Shown in pieces: positions 1-12,000 of a stretch of DNA of 64,000 nt. The notes under the pieces are model-generated. The model made no database searches, had not been told where the DNA came from, and saw only the letters and a program-made list of their open reading frames with translations. The position numbers were made by a program, and so were the translations under genes. This DNA is from Octopus vulgaris (lineage: Eukaryota): positions 8,060,001 to 8,124,000 of the forward strand of contig OX597831.1 of NCBI GenBank assembly GCA_951406725.2, written 5' to 3'. Each line of letters starts with the position of its first letter. Position 1 is the first letter of the stretch.

Positions 1-109
1 ATGACAGAAGAGTCCACCACCACCACTTGTATGTGTGTGTGTGTGTGTGTATAATTATAATCATAGCTATCACCTCATTAGCACATCATGTCAGATCATG
101 GCTAGCATC

Positions 110-630
110 ATATTCCGAAATCAAAAGGAGCGCCATAAGACTTCGACTGATACAAAGAGGAACATGTCGCAACTCCAAAGGAAGATCCTGTAGGACAATA
201 TTTTCATTCTCTATCACAAATAACATTATGCAATTCATACGATGTTATGTCTGTCGTCCAGTGTTACGTAATCCATGCTATGATAGGTGGAAATATGTCT
301 TAACTCTACAGTCTTCAGATGTCATGATTTGAAGGTCAATTTGTCGGAAAAAGCAAAAGAAAATCACTACATCAGATCTAAAAGGTTCTTAAACAAACTG
401 AAAAATCCAGCAGAAAAATATTTGCTTTGGTTTTTCTCAAATGAGAAAAACTTTGACCAAAATCAAAAAGTTAACAGAAGAAACGACAGATGGTTATGTG
501 CAGATCTTTCTCAAGTTCCAAGTGTTATGCATACGAAATTTCCTACAACTGTCATGGTTTTAAGGGTTGTCAGCAATGAAGGACATGTGATGCCTCCTGA
601 CGTATTTCCACAAGGCCTTAGAGTTAACTT
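110..630 (+). mobile_element. Decayed Tc1/mariner-superfamily transposase fragment (maT/DD37D-like)
   Basis: ORF 287-682 has WFFSNEKNFDQNQKVNRRNDRWL (FSDEK-type first catalytic D, mutated) and TKFPTTVMVLRVVSNEGHVMPPDVFPQGLRVN. It is truncated and no TIRs are seen. Confidence 0.75.
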
Positions 631-824
631 TAATGAATGCTTTGGGGTGAGTTCACTTGGGTGTGTCACAATACGGAAATAGACTGGAGCCATGCAGTGA
701 AACTGAACCCAGAGCCATGTAGATGCAAAGCAAGCCCTTTAACCACATAGCTATGTCTTCACTTTATCTATCTATCTATCTATCTATCTATAAATATATA
801 TATCTATATATCTTTATATATCTT

Positions 825-867
<43 letters not shown>

Positions 868-1097
868 GCCATGATAGATCGTTAGCCATATATATATGCC
901 ATGATAGATCGTTAGCCACTACACACATTTTTTTCTCCCCTTGTTTCTCTCTTTGTTTTTTCTGTGTCCCTTTCTGTTAAAGAGAGTAGGCTCGAAACGT
1001 AAAAGACTTTTTCTATTCCTGAGCGTTATACTAATGCATCTGTTTGTTTTGTGCACCACCTGCCTTCATCTTTTGTTTTTTTCGTAAACTCTCCCTT
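868..1097 (+). mobile_element. Interspersed repeat end, Penelope-like terminus (second copy at 22790-22942)
   Basis: About 150 bp shared with 22790-22942 (tgtgtccctttctg...ggctcgaaac...gagcgttatactaat...cgtaaactctccc). The 21-mer gccatgatagatcgttagcca is duplicated at 868-888 and 898-918. The Penelope assignment is inferred from the GAAGAG..CTCGAAAC motif. Confidence 0.5.
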
Positions 1098-1109
1098 TAT
1101 ATATATATA

Positions 1110-1302
1110 TATCATCATCATCATCATCATCGTTTAACGTCCGTTTTCCGCGCTAGCACGGGTTGGATTGTTCGACCGGGGTCTGGGAAGCCAGGGGCTG
1201 CTCCAGGCTCCAGTCTGATCTGGAGTTTCTACGGCTGGATGCCCTTCCTAACGCCAACCACTCCGCGAGTGTAGTGGGTGCTTTTACATGCCACCTGCAC
1301 GT
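1110..1302 (-). mobile_element. RTE LINE 3' tail / RTE-tailed SINE fragment
   Basis: (cat)n-cgtttaacgtccgttttcc...ctggatgcccttcctaacgccaaccactcc, the same end as the RTE copy at 12890-14530. Confidence 0.8.
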
Positions 1303-1396
<94 letters not shown>

Positions 1397-2133
1397 GTGT
1401 GTGTGTATTTATATATGTATGTATGTATGTATGTCCAGCCTCCAATATATATATATATATTGGAAGCTGGACAACTCCCCGGCTGGCCAGCTCTTGTCAA
1501 ACTGTCCAGCCCATGCCAGCATGGATAGCGGATGTTAAACAATGATGATGATGATGATGATATCGATATAAGTTGATGGAAGCAATTTCGTCTAATTTAT
1601 CTCATGCAGAACTACAATGAAACGCTTGCAGCTGACATGAGCACATCTAACCCTTGAGGAAGTCGTCTAATATTTTCATTATTCAGCTATTTCGACCTCG
1701 ATTACTTGAACGACAGACTGGTTAGGTAAGCTACACTCAGCTGTCATAAGACAGAATAAAACTGGTTTATTATTGAGAAGATCATGTCTGTGTGATTAGA
1801 AAACATTGCCAATCAATGTTACTCTCTCAAATTAAAGATACCCCAGAGAATAGTTTTAAATGGTGGGGGTCTCTGTTTCAGCTTAAAAAGCTTTTATCTA
1901 TTTTTTTTTTTGTTCCTTTCTTAACACACACACACTGTTCAATTTGTATTCTAAATTGGTAGGAAATTTTCTGAAAGCTTTTTCTATTTGTAAAAACATA
2001 AAATGATGAATGGAAACACCATATATATGTATACATATGTGTGTGTATGTATGTATGTATGTATGTATGTATGTATGTATGTATGTATGTATGTATGTAT
2101 GTATGTATGTATGTATGTATGTATGTATGTATG

Positions 2134-2171
<38 letters not shown>

Positions 2172-3461
2172 TAGATAGATACATACATATAAAATAATAA
2201 ATAAAATGTATGCATATATACATACATATATGTACGTACCTACATCTATATGTATATATACATGCATATATGGGTACAGGACACCAAAAAAACGTCATAT
2301 AATTTATATATATATATATATATATGTACATACATACATGTGTGTGTGTGTATCTATGTCAGCATAGAAGGTGGAAGTTAAATGATGATGATGATATATG
2401 TATGTATATGCATGGATATAGGTATATATGTGTGTGTGTGTATGTATCTGTGTGTGTGTGGTTTTCAGCTTTGAACTAAATTAGATTGATATCAGGATCT
2501 CTTAAAGGAATATCTACATCAGGAGAGTATATAGATGCGCTAATGTTATTTTGAAGAAGTGTCAGTTCTGCTGAAACAGCAGAACAGCAGCAAACTAAAT
2601 GCTTTATAGCAGGTTATGGTGTTTTTATTTAGAATTTCTAGGATTCTAGGAAGACCATCATCAGCAGCGTAGGACGCACATTTATTCCCATTACATCAAT
2701 TCACAAACATAAACACATCAGTGATGATGAAGTAGTAGATATATTAAACTAAAACAAAACAAAAATAGCAAGATCGTTTCGGTATCAGGGCTTAACGATT
2801 GTTGGCCAACACATATTCATAATCCATTTACTGTTATATTTATCAGAATCAGAATGTAATCATAAACGAGAGCCTTGAAAGTAAGAGTTGTCATCATGTC
2901 TGCCTCGTATGTTTTACCCAATCAATTTATAACGCATAAGGCTTAGTCGCTTTCTTCAGATAAAAAAAAACTGGTCTCTTTTAAGTGATTTAAAATATGT
3001 ATGAGAATGAGAGTCTTATGACAAAAGCATTTTACAACTTGGAGGAGGTCAGAAAAATAGTCATTGAAAGAAAGAATTGGAGAGGATCAAACAATTACTT
3101 CGAGGAATTTGACTCCAGCAGATCCAAAGATTCAATCTTTAGTGACATATTAATGCTAATAATAAAGATTTTCCCTCCTCCTCCTCCTCATGATTATTAT
3201 CATCATCATTATTTTGATTAGCATATTCTTTCAGTTCTGTTTCCATTTCTTGCCAAGTGCCTTCATGACACCTAGGGCAGAGAAATGTAGGCCATTAAAA
3301 CAAACACACCAGATTGTTCATTTACAGAGTCATGTGATAGAGAAAAAGGGAAAAATAAAAAACAGGGAAGTAAACGAATAAAATAGAGTGGGGGAAAGGA
3401 AAAAAAATTCACAGCCACAATGCCCTTTGCTATATGTGTGACGTACCAGTTAAGACAATTG

Positions 3462-3492
<31 letters not shown>

Positions 3493-3493
3493 G

Positions 3494-3593
3494 ATGCCTT
3501 GTCAGCTAATTAGTGACGCGCATGAACGGATCAACGAGATTCCCACTGTCCCTATCTATTATCTAGTGAAACCACAGCTTGGACAGATTGGCA

Positions 3594-3628
<35 letters not shown>

Positions 3629-3665
3629 AGTTTTGTGAGGGCACACAGTAGGCATAGCATAGGCA
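3494..3665 (+). pseudogene. Dispersed, decayed 28S (LSU) rRNA fragment
   Basis: atgccttgtcagctaattagtgacgcgcatgaacggatcaacgagattcccactgtccctatctattatctagtgaaaccacagc...gggaaagaagaccctgttgagcttgactctagt matches the conserved eukaryotic 28S core. It has substitutions and lacks the ~13-nt caagggaacgggc segment. No other rDNA flanks it. Confidence 0.92.
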
Positions 3666-4112
3666 GTAGCATTTGTGTTGCCCTGCCACCACTACCATCA
3701 TCATCGTTGTTGTCATCGTCATTATTATTATTTAAGGTGGCAAGCTGGCAGAGTTGTTAGCATGCAAGGTGAAATGCTTAGTGGTATTTTGTTTGTCTTT
3801 ACATTCTGAGTTCAAATTCCTCCAAGGTTGACTTTGTGTGTGTGCTTTCAGATACAAAAGCACACACACGTGCACACTCTCTCTCACTTTCTCCCCATTC
3901 CTCACCTTCTCATACTATCTTATATCTCTCTCCACCCCTATATACTCAATAATACTATAAAAAGAGACAAAATTGATGAAAAAGTTCAATCTGACGACTC
4001 CACTAGAGTGGATGAAAGCGCTAATATATGATTTATAAAAAAATGTGACATATTAATAAATATCTGTAAATATAAAACCATCCAGATTTCTGATTACCTC
4101 ATTTCTTCTAAG

Positions 4113-4299
<187 letters not shown>

Positions 4300-5104
4300 C
4301 ATGTATAGCAGCAGCAGCAGCAACAACAACAACAACAGCAACATGACCAGCAGTTTACAATGGCAGCTACAATGGCATTGGTGCATTAGAACATTAGAAC
4401 AACAGCACTGAAACAGGCGGAAAGCAACTATAAGAAGATTAAGGGTTTCTTGCCGGAGCTTCTGAATGATACATCAGTATGAGCAACAACAAATTTAATG
4501 TCAAAGGATTGCTGAAACAATCTGGCAAAGCTTCCACTTTGTTCGGTATTAAGGTAGCTGGGAATGTATTTGGAATATGTGAATCTGTGGTAAGTAGCTT
4601 ATAGTGTCCAGGCACAACAGCCAGTGACTGCTTGAAGCTGATTGAGAAATTGAAGAACTCTCTTTCAAAAACGAGAAGAGAGAAAGTTTTTGAAAACTAT
4701 TTTGGTGAAATATCTTCTGCTGCCTTTGAGAAAATGCCTATACTTTTCGTTCCAACAATACACCACTGCTTTAGAAATACAGCAACCACTGAAGAAAGTG
4801 CTCTCTCTCTGGCATTAGCAATTTTTTTAGCTTCATTGATGTTGTCAAAAATGAATTGAATCACTACTTTCAGCAAGAGGGAATGTGCATATGCTGTGAG
4901 CGAGAGGATTTGCATTTATTGACTGTCAGCTATGGGACGTTTGAGCTTGCAAATGCATCCCTGCATTTTTCATTTTACTTGCCCTCACTGTCATCACAAA
5001 CCAAACTCCTTATTGGCCTGTGGATGGAAAAAGAAGCTTTGGTCAAATAATTACATGACATTTTTGAAAATGGAGAGCTTCTGATGCTGTTGTTTGTTCT
5101 AGCA

Positions 5105-5572
5105 AGTGTTGATGCAAATGCTTCTTGTTTTGTCTCGTACATGTGAAAAAGTGCTTCAAATTATTCTAAAAAATGTTCTACTCTCATTTTGGCAATGGAA
5201 CTTTCCATGAGGATTGCAAAGCATTTTCCTTGCACAATTGTTTATGCACATGCATTATGGCACAGTGTGTTAGATGGTGCTGCGTCATTGTGGTACACAG
5301 CCAGGTCTTCGTATGGCAAAGTGCACTGAACGTTCTCTTGCTTGCAGCTTATTCTGTCTTCGCATCAATTGGGAGAACATTCATCGCACTTTGCCATTCG
5401 GAGACCTGTCTCCATACCACAATGAGGCAGCACTGCCTAACACACTGTGCCGTAATGTATGTGCATAAAAACTTGTGCAAGAAAAATGCTTTGCACATAT
5501 TCATGGAAAGCTTCATTGCCAAAACAATGAAGTATAAGAAAGTTTTTGGAAAAATTTGAAGCATATTTACAT
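5105..5572. repeat. Long imperfect palindrome (foldback), ~200-bp arms, ~13-nt loop
   Basis: tttggcaatggaactttccatga pairs with tcatggaaagcttcattgccaaa; gcaaagcattttccttgcacaa pairs with ttgtgcaagaaaaatgctttgc; atggcaaagtgc pairs with gcactttgccat. Centre near 5355. Confidence 0.9.
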
Positions 5573-5575
5573 AGA

Positions 5576-6820
5576 TATGAGAGTGAGCTGGAAAGTTCAC
5601 AGGCTGACAATGAAGGAGAGATGCAAGAGCTGTGGAATCTTGCTTGAGTAATTTCAAGACTTCTTATTAATAATTATATTGTTTCTTTCTGGGTAAATTG
5701 ACATCTGATTATTCTGAGAAACTTCAAATGTAAGTCTTAGCAAGTTCTCTTGAAAATCTACAAAATTTGGCATTGTGTCATGATCAAATACTGGCAGAAA
5801 AAGGGTTTAGCTCTCAAGGGCATTCATGCTGACATGATTGATATATTATGGGATGATGCTCCAGCTTTATCAACAATGCAAAAGTGGGCAGCTGAATTTA
5901 GTAAGGGAAGAGAGAGTCTTGAGAAGATCCATGGTCTGGACGTCCTGCAGCTGTTACCATTGAGGAAAACATTGATTATGTTCACCATTGATTATGTTAT
6001 GGTGATGGATGACAGGCAATTATCTATAAAGCAAATAGTCAATGTTATTAGCGTATCCTGTGAGAGAGTGGAGAATATTCTGCACAATGAACTTAGTATG
6101 ACAAAGATTTCTGCTTGGTGAGTGCCACATCTGACATTTGATCAAAAGCGCACCAGGCTGATCACATTATGGGAATATCTGACATTGTCTGAGGCAGATC
6201 CAACTTGTTTGCTTGGACGTTTTCTAACCTAGGATGTGTGTCGGCCTCATCATTTTTGAACCAGAAACAAAGAGACAATCCATGCAGTGGGAACACTCCT
6301 CTTCACTTGCGCCAAAGAAGGCAAAGTGATTTCATCTGCAGGAAAGGTGATGGCCTCAGTTTTTCATATTGTGTTTATTGACTATCTTCAAAATGATCAC
6401 ACCATCAATGGAGAGTTCTATGTCAACTTGCTAAGTTAGTTACAAAAGGTTATCAACACCAAACATCCAGAAAAACTAACGTCCTTGGTTACAATGGCTG
6501 CTGTGCATGACTGGCTTTGAACTGGTTGATCACCCCTCCCTATGTTAGGGATTTGGTTCCATCTGGTTATCATCTCTTTCCCAACTTGTAAAGACACTTG
6601 GCTGGACACCAGTATCACTGTGATGATGACACCTTATCTGCTGTTGATGACCATTTTGACCAACAGAATAACTTCTTCACCAGTGCAATCCAAGCACTGC
6701 AACCACTTATGGAAGTGTGTGGACAGTAAGAGAGGAACTACATTAAAAAATGACCTTCATTTGGTCCCATTCCACGAGGATGTCTTGCTCAGCCTATGAA
6801 CATTTCAGCTGAGCTTCATA
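5576..6820 (+). mobile_element. Decayed mariner element (Himar1/irritans-like), near full length
   Basis: TA-flanked imperfect TIRs (tatgagagtgagctggaaagttcacaggctga / tcagcctatgaacatttcagctgagcttcata), about 1.25 kb. Transposase remnants include ALSTMQKWAAEFSKGRESLE, ILHNELSMTKISAW*VPHL, QSMQWEH and SAGKVMASVF. Confidence 0.9.
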
Positions 6821-7852
6821 AAAAAAAAAATTATTATTATACCTGCATTTGTATTAATATTAACATTGGAAAAATCAATTTCTTCCGTAAAACATTTTGA
6901 ACCTAGGTTTGCACCCCCAAAGCAAATTTCATTCCCAGGCCGCTGCCTGAAAAGCAAATTCAACTTCTGCAGAATTGGAACTCAGAATGTACGGACCGAT
7001 GAAATGCTAGTAAGCATTTTGTCTGGTGTGCTAACAATTCTGCCAGCTCGCTGCCTCTAGGCTAAACTTTGTATCAAGACAATGAATTTGATTTTCATTT
7101 TTGTGTTAAATAATTCTGTATTTTATTGTTATAAGTTATTGCCATCTTATTCCCAGTATTTCATTAATTATATCATTATTAAAGTTTTCAATTAAAGTTT
7201 TAACCTAAATTAAGTGCAATCAAAACAACCAAACTCTGTACTTAATTTAACCTCTCTTCAGTTTATAAAGTATTCGCTTGTGTCTCTGCATCTCGGTGGT
7301 GATTGATGACTCATCAAAATCATTAATAATTAATGGATGTTGATCAAATTAAAACTAAACAGAAAATTTAAAATTTATATGTGTAGACAAAAATTTTAAT
7401 ATCTGAAATAATAAACTAACATATTTATTTTTGTTAATAAACAACAGAATTGATGAAGAATAAATTATAATAGTAATGCTAGATTCTTCCGTAGACATTC
7501 TAAAAATATACCATTTTGCAGATTTAATAAAGAATTACTATTGAAGTTGAACCGAAGATTTCTCAGTATTTTTCTTGGTTTTTCTTGAAAGATATTCATT
7601 AGAAATATTTCTTGGTGAATTGCTGTTTCTTTAATGAGGAAATGTAAAATTAGTTGAAAAGTTTATCATCATCATCGTCGTCGTCGTCGTCGTCATCATC
7701 ATCATCATCATCATCACCATCATCATTTTAATGCTTGCTGGAAATAATTCTGATTGGACAGAATTCATCAATGGAGGTTTTCTATGGCTGGCTGCTCTTC
7801 CTGTTACTGATAATTGTTTACAACTAGCATACATATATACATACATACATAC

Positions 7853-7944
<92 letters not shown>

Positions 7945-8216
7945 GTGCACGCTTATTGCAGATATAAGGGGTGTAGGTTAGAGTCCCATACATATGGAAA
8001 ACCCACATTTTTTCTGCTGAGGGATTATATGCCCTAATATTAGACTATTTACCTCAGTCAATGCACAATAATCACTTATAATATTATTATTATTTACAGA
8101 ATATGTAAGTGTGTGTATATATATACACACACACATACTAGCATGGAAAGCAGACGTTAAACAATGATGACGCTGATGATGATGACACACACATACACAC
8201 ACACACACACACACAT

Positions 8217-8600
8217 GTTCTTTTATTCTTTTACCTGCTTCAGTCATTTGACCACGGCTATGCTGGGGCACTGCCTTTAGTTGAACAAATTGACCCCAGG
8301 ACTTATTATTGACCCCTAGTACTTATTCTATTAGTCTCTTTTGCTGAACCGCTAAGTTATAGAGACTTAAACACACCAGCATCAGTTGTCAAGCAATGGT
8401 GGAGTGGTGGGACAAACACAGATACACAAACATTCACACACGCACACACACGGTTTCTGTCTACCAAATCGACTCACAAGGCTTTAGTTGGCCCGAGGCT
8501 ATAGAAGAAGACACTTACCCAAGGTGCCATGCAGTGGGACTGAACCTGGAACCATGTGGTTGGTAAGCCAGCTACTTATCACACAGTCACTCCTGCACCT
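8217..8600 (-). mobile_element. tRNA-headed SINE, family A (full length)
   Basis: Reverse complement of the 45315-45716 copy, from the head (cacagtcactcctgcacc) to the tail (ttttacctgcttcagtcatttgaccacgg). Confidence 0.85.
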
Positions 8601-9016
8601 ATATATATATATATATGTGTGTGTGTATTAATATCTATATAAATATTCTCTTCTGAATATTTTTACTGCTGATTGGTACTTTTCCCCCTGAGGCTGTCTG
8701 CATTTTGGTGCTTAGCAATTAAGGACACCAACAGATTTCAACATGGTGGACTGAGAAGATGTTTCAAAGGGTTATGATGTTCTGAAGCAGATAAGATGTT
8801 TGTATCAAACCAGAAACCAGTCCACATATATACCTGTTCCATTAAATATATAGCTTTATGCTATATAGGTATGTGAGAGATTTTTTTCGGTTCACTCACC
8901 CGTATACTGTTGAATCTGTTATTTTCAGTCCAAATGAGGGTTTTAACTCTTATTTCTAGCAAGAAGACACTTTAATGTGTCCTTTGATTAATGTAATATA
9001 TATATATTAATGTAAC

Positions 9017-9050
<34 letters not shown>

Positions 9051-9132
9051 ATATACATACATGCACACACAAACATGCATACAAACATACATACATATAT
9101 ATACATACACACACACACATATATATATAAAT

Positions 9133-9167
<35 letters not shown>

Positions 9168-9469
9168 GGGAAAGAGAATGTATGTGTGTCTGTGTGTGTG
9201 AGAGAGAGAGAGAGCAAGAGAGCAGCAGGGAGGTGGAGTGTTGCCCTAGCGCTTGGCTGATACTCATCTTCATCAGAGTGTGAAGTGCCTTGCTTAAGGT
9301 CATGATGCATCACTCAGTCCAGAGATCAAAACCACAAATAAATTTGTGTCATTAAGTTAGAAGCACAGGTGTGGCCATGTGGTAAGAAGTTTGCTTCCCA
9401 ACCACAGGGTTCTGGGTTCACTCCCACCTTAGATGTGTAATCAACTAGTCTTAAAACATCCAAGCTATC

Positions 9470-9880
9470 TTTTACTTGTTTCATGCATAAACTTTAGAGT
9501 ACGACCATGCTGGGGCACTGTTTTCACAGGTTTAGTTGAGCAATTCAGTCGCAGTATATTTAAAGTCTGGTACTTATTCTTTCAATCTCTTTTGCTGAAC
9601 TGATATGTCACAGGGATGTAAACAAAGCAACACCTGTTGTTAAGTGACAGAGGGAACAAACACAAACATGAACACAAACACGCACATACACACACACATG
9701 CAAGCACACACACGCATATGATGGGCTTCTACACATTTCCTATGTATCCACACACAGGGCATTAGTTGGGTCAGGACTACAGCAGAAGACACTTGTCCAA
9801 GGTGTTGTGCTGTGGGATTGAACCAAAAACCTCACAGTTGTAAAGTGAGCCTCTTAACCACACAGCCATTCTTGCATCTG
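9470..9880 (-). mobile_element. SINE family A copy (diverged)
   Basis: Has both tail (ccatgctggggcac, ggtacttattct) and head (gaagacacttgtccaagg, ttaaccacacagcc). Confidence 0.8.
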
Positions 9881-10208
9881 AGACCAAGAGCAAATAAAAA
9901 ACAAAACAATTTTCTTTGTGAAATTCTCCGTGGACAAAAACCTTCAACGATCAGCAGTTTGATTTTGTAAAAAGAAAACATAAACATCTGCTTGTTTAAT
10001 TGGATAATTTATTGAATGTTTAAACATATCGTCAATAATTACTTTAATAAGTTCAATAATGCAGAATTACAAATTCTCATAACTAAACAAAACACATCCC
10101 TTTTAAAGCAATTGATTTTGTTATTCCATTGAAATAAATTCTCTCAGCAACTTCACTCTTAACAGCAAGAACAGTAAGGTCATTGAGTCTTTCCTGTGTC
10201 ATTGTGCC

Positions 10209-11013
10209 TTAACCATTTAGCATTTAAACCAGCAATTTCCAACCTAAATATTCAGTCTGTTTTAAGATCAAACTGTAGGGCAATGCCTAAGAATTTATGA
10301 TGGATGAACTGTAGACAGGAACTTCACTGTGGGCCAGCTAGGGAGCTGGTTGGCAGCAAAGTTTCCTTCCAGTGGGTTTTCTACGTTGACTGGCAGCTGT
10401 TGCCCTCGTGTGTCATCATGATCATTTAACGTCCGTTTTCCATGCTAGCATGGGTTGGACGGTTCGACCAGGGTCTGGAAGCCATGGAGGCTGCACCAGG
10501 CTCCAGTCTGATTTGGCAGCGTTTCTACTGCTGGATGCTCTTCCTAACGCCAACCACTCCATGAGTGTAGTGGGTATTTTTACGTGCCACCGGCATAGGG
10601 GCCAGAGCAGGCTGGCGAACAGCCACGATCAGTTGGTGCTTTTACGTGTCACCAACACAGACGCTAGTCAGGTGGCGCTGGCATCTGCCACGTTCGGACG
10701 GTGCTTTTTATGTGTCACCAGCACGGGTGTCTTAACTACAATTTCCATTTGAATTTTTATTCTGATGTTGATGTACTTGCCTAACTAAATAAATCTTTCA
10801 CTGACACATTCTGGGTCTCTGTTAATTTCTTTTGTGCATAGCTTAACTAAAACTATAAAACTGGCCAGATTTAGCCTCTCACACCTACCCTATAATGTTA
10901 TTCTAAAAATAAACAATCACATCACTGAAATCTCAAAGCTACAAGGTGATAAATGATTAATTCAAAACAATGTGAAGGAAATGTTTGACAGAATAATTTG
11001 AATGCTAAACGGA
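10209..11013 (+). mobile_element. TTAA-type (piggyBac-like) MITE split by a ~580-bp insertion containing an RTE 3' tail
   Basis: ttaaccatttagcatttaaacc...caaactg at 10209-10276 resumes at aaactggccagatttagcctctcacacc near 10858. It is collinear with the intact copy at 58395-58623. An RTE tail lies at 10415-10780 (-). Confidence 0.7.
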
Positions 11014-11834
11014 AAAGAATGTCAAGAGGGAACTTTAGTTCGCTGAAAGATCTCTGTTGAAAGATGCTGCAGTTACTGACTCTCGGCAGTATATTTTACT
11101 TGTTTCAGTCACAGGACTGTGGCCATGCTGGGGCACCACCTCAAAAGGTTTTTAGTCAAACAGATTGACCCTAGCATTTATATTTAATAAACATCTAATA
11201 CATATCCTTTTGGTCATGGATGGAAACAAACCAACACAGATTATTAAATGGTGTGGGTATGACAAACATAAATGCAAAGACACACACACACACATATACA
11301 TATACAAAAAGAGAGAGAGTGAGGGAAAGAAAGAGTGAGACATTACAATTAATTAATTGAACATGATTGACAAACACTTTCCTTCCCCTCAAGAGAAGTA
11401 TACTCACACACATAAAAAGAAAGAGAGAGGGGAAGAGAGAAAGAGGGAGAGAGACAGACAGACAGACAGAGAAACATAAAAATAATCAGAGTTGAGTCAG
11501 TGATGCCAAACCAGCAGCACCAAACCAGCTGTGCCAAAATGTCATATAACCAAATTCTTCTGTTATTCTTTGATATTGCCACAGAATACAGAACAATCTC
11601 TTGTGTTTACAACATAGAGCTGCTTTGATACTCCAGTAATCACCAAATCATGGAAGATTCCATCTGAATCCAGAATCAGTTTCACAAATATTTTCCGAGA
11701 CTTCTCTCTTCTTGTTCATCGTCACCTTCACAGAAAATAAGTCTGGTCCTTTCATGAACTTTTGATTTTGATGGAAGATGTAGCTCTGTTTCAGATTATT
11801 CAATATCTAGATTCAATTCCTTTTAACCATGGAA

Positions 11835-12000
11835 CCTCGAATGCTAAATATGGAGGGAACCTGTAGAAGTGGAGACCCTAGAATATGTGGGATGAGGTAA
11901 TGAAGACTGACCTAAAGATGTTGAACCTCATAAAGGAGATAACAATGGACTGAGATTATTGGCCATTTGTTGTGGTTGAGAAGATCCCCTCACACACAGC
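11835..12000 (+). mobile_element. RTE ORF C-terminal fragment
   Basis: EGTCRSG..(W)DEVMKTDLKMLNLIKEITMD*DYW resembles the RTE C-terminus GRPRKTWDEVV..DL... Confidence 0.6.

Larger units (their letters stand above)
4378..6949 (+). mobile_element. Decayed hAT DNA transposon (ZMYM1-like transposase), with an internal inverted copy of its C-terminus and a nested mariner
   Basis: Frameshifted translation: [51 protein letters not shown], then the hAT dimerisation-type C-terminus GRTFIALCHSETCLHTTMRQHCLTHCAVMYVHKNL...FIAK...VFGKI* (stop 5559). A hAT-like 3' end gcacccccaaagc...gctgcctg lies near 6949. Confidence 0.75.

Noticed and set aside
1687-1725. AG/GT-bounded mini-exon candidates (1687-1725 YFDLDYLNDRLV; 17313-17381 LLIVSSTSVLMLRQ; 18781-18826 DTSHILKNYAMMF)
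   Set aside because: No recognisable homology or consistent gene model; such matches are expected by chance.
3494-3665. Functional rRNA gene
   Set aside because: Only about 170 bp, mutated and deleted, with no rDNA unit context.
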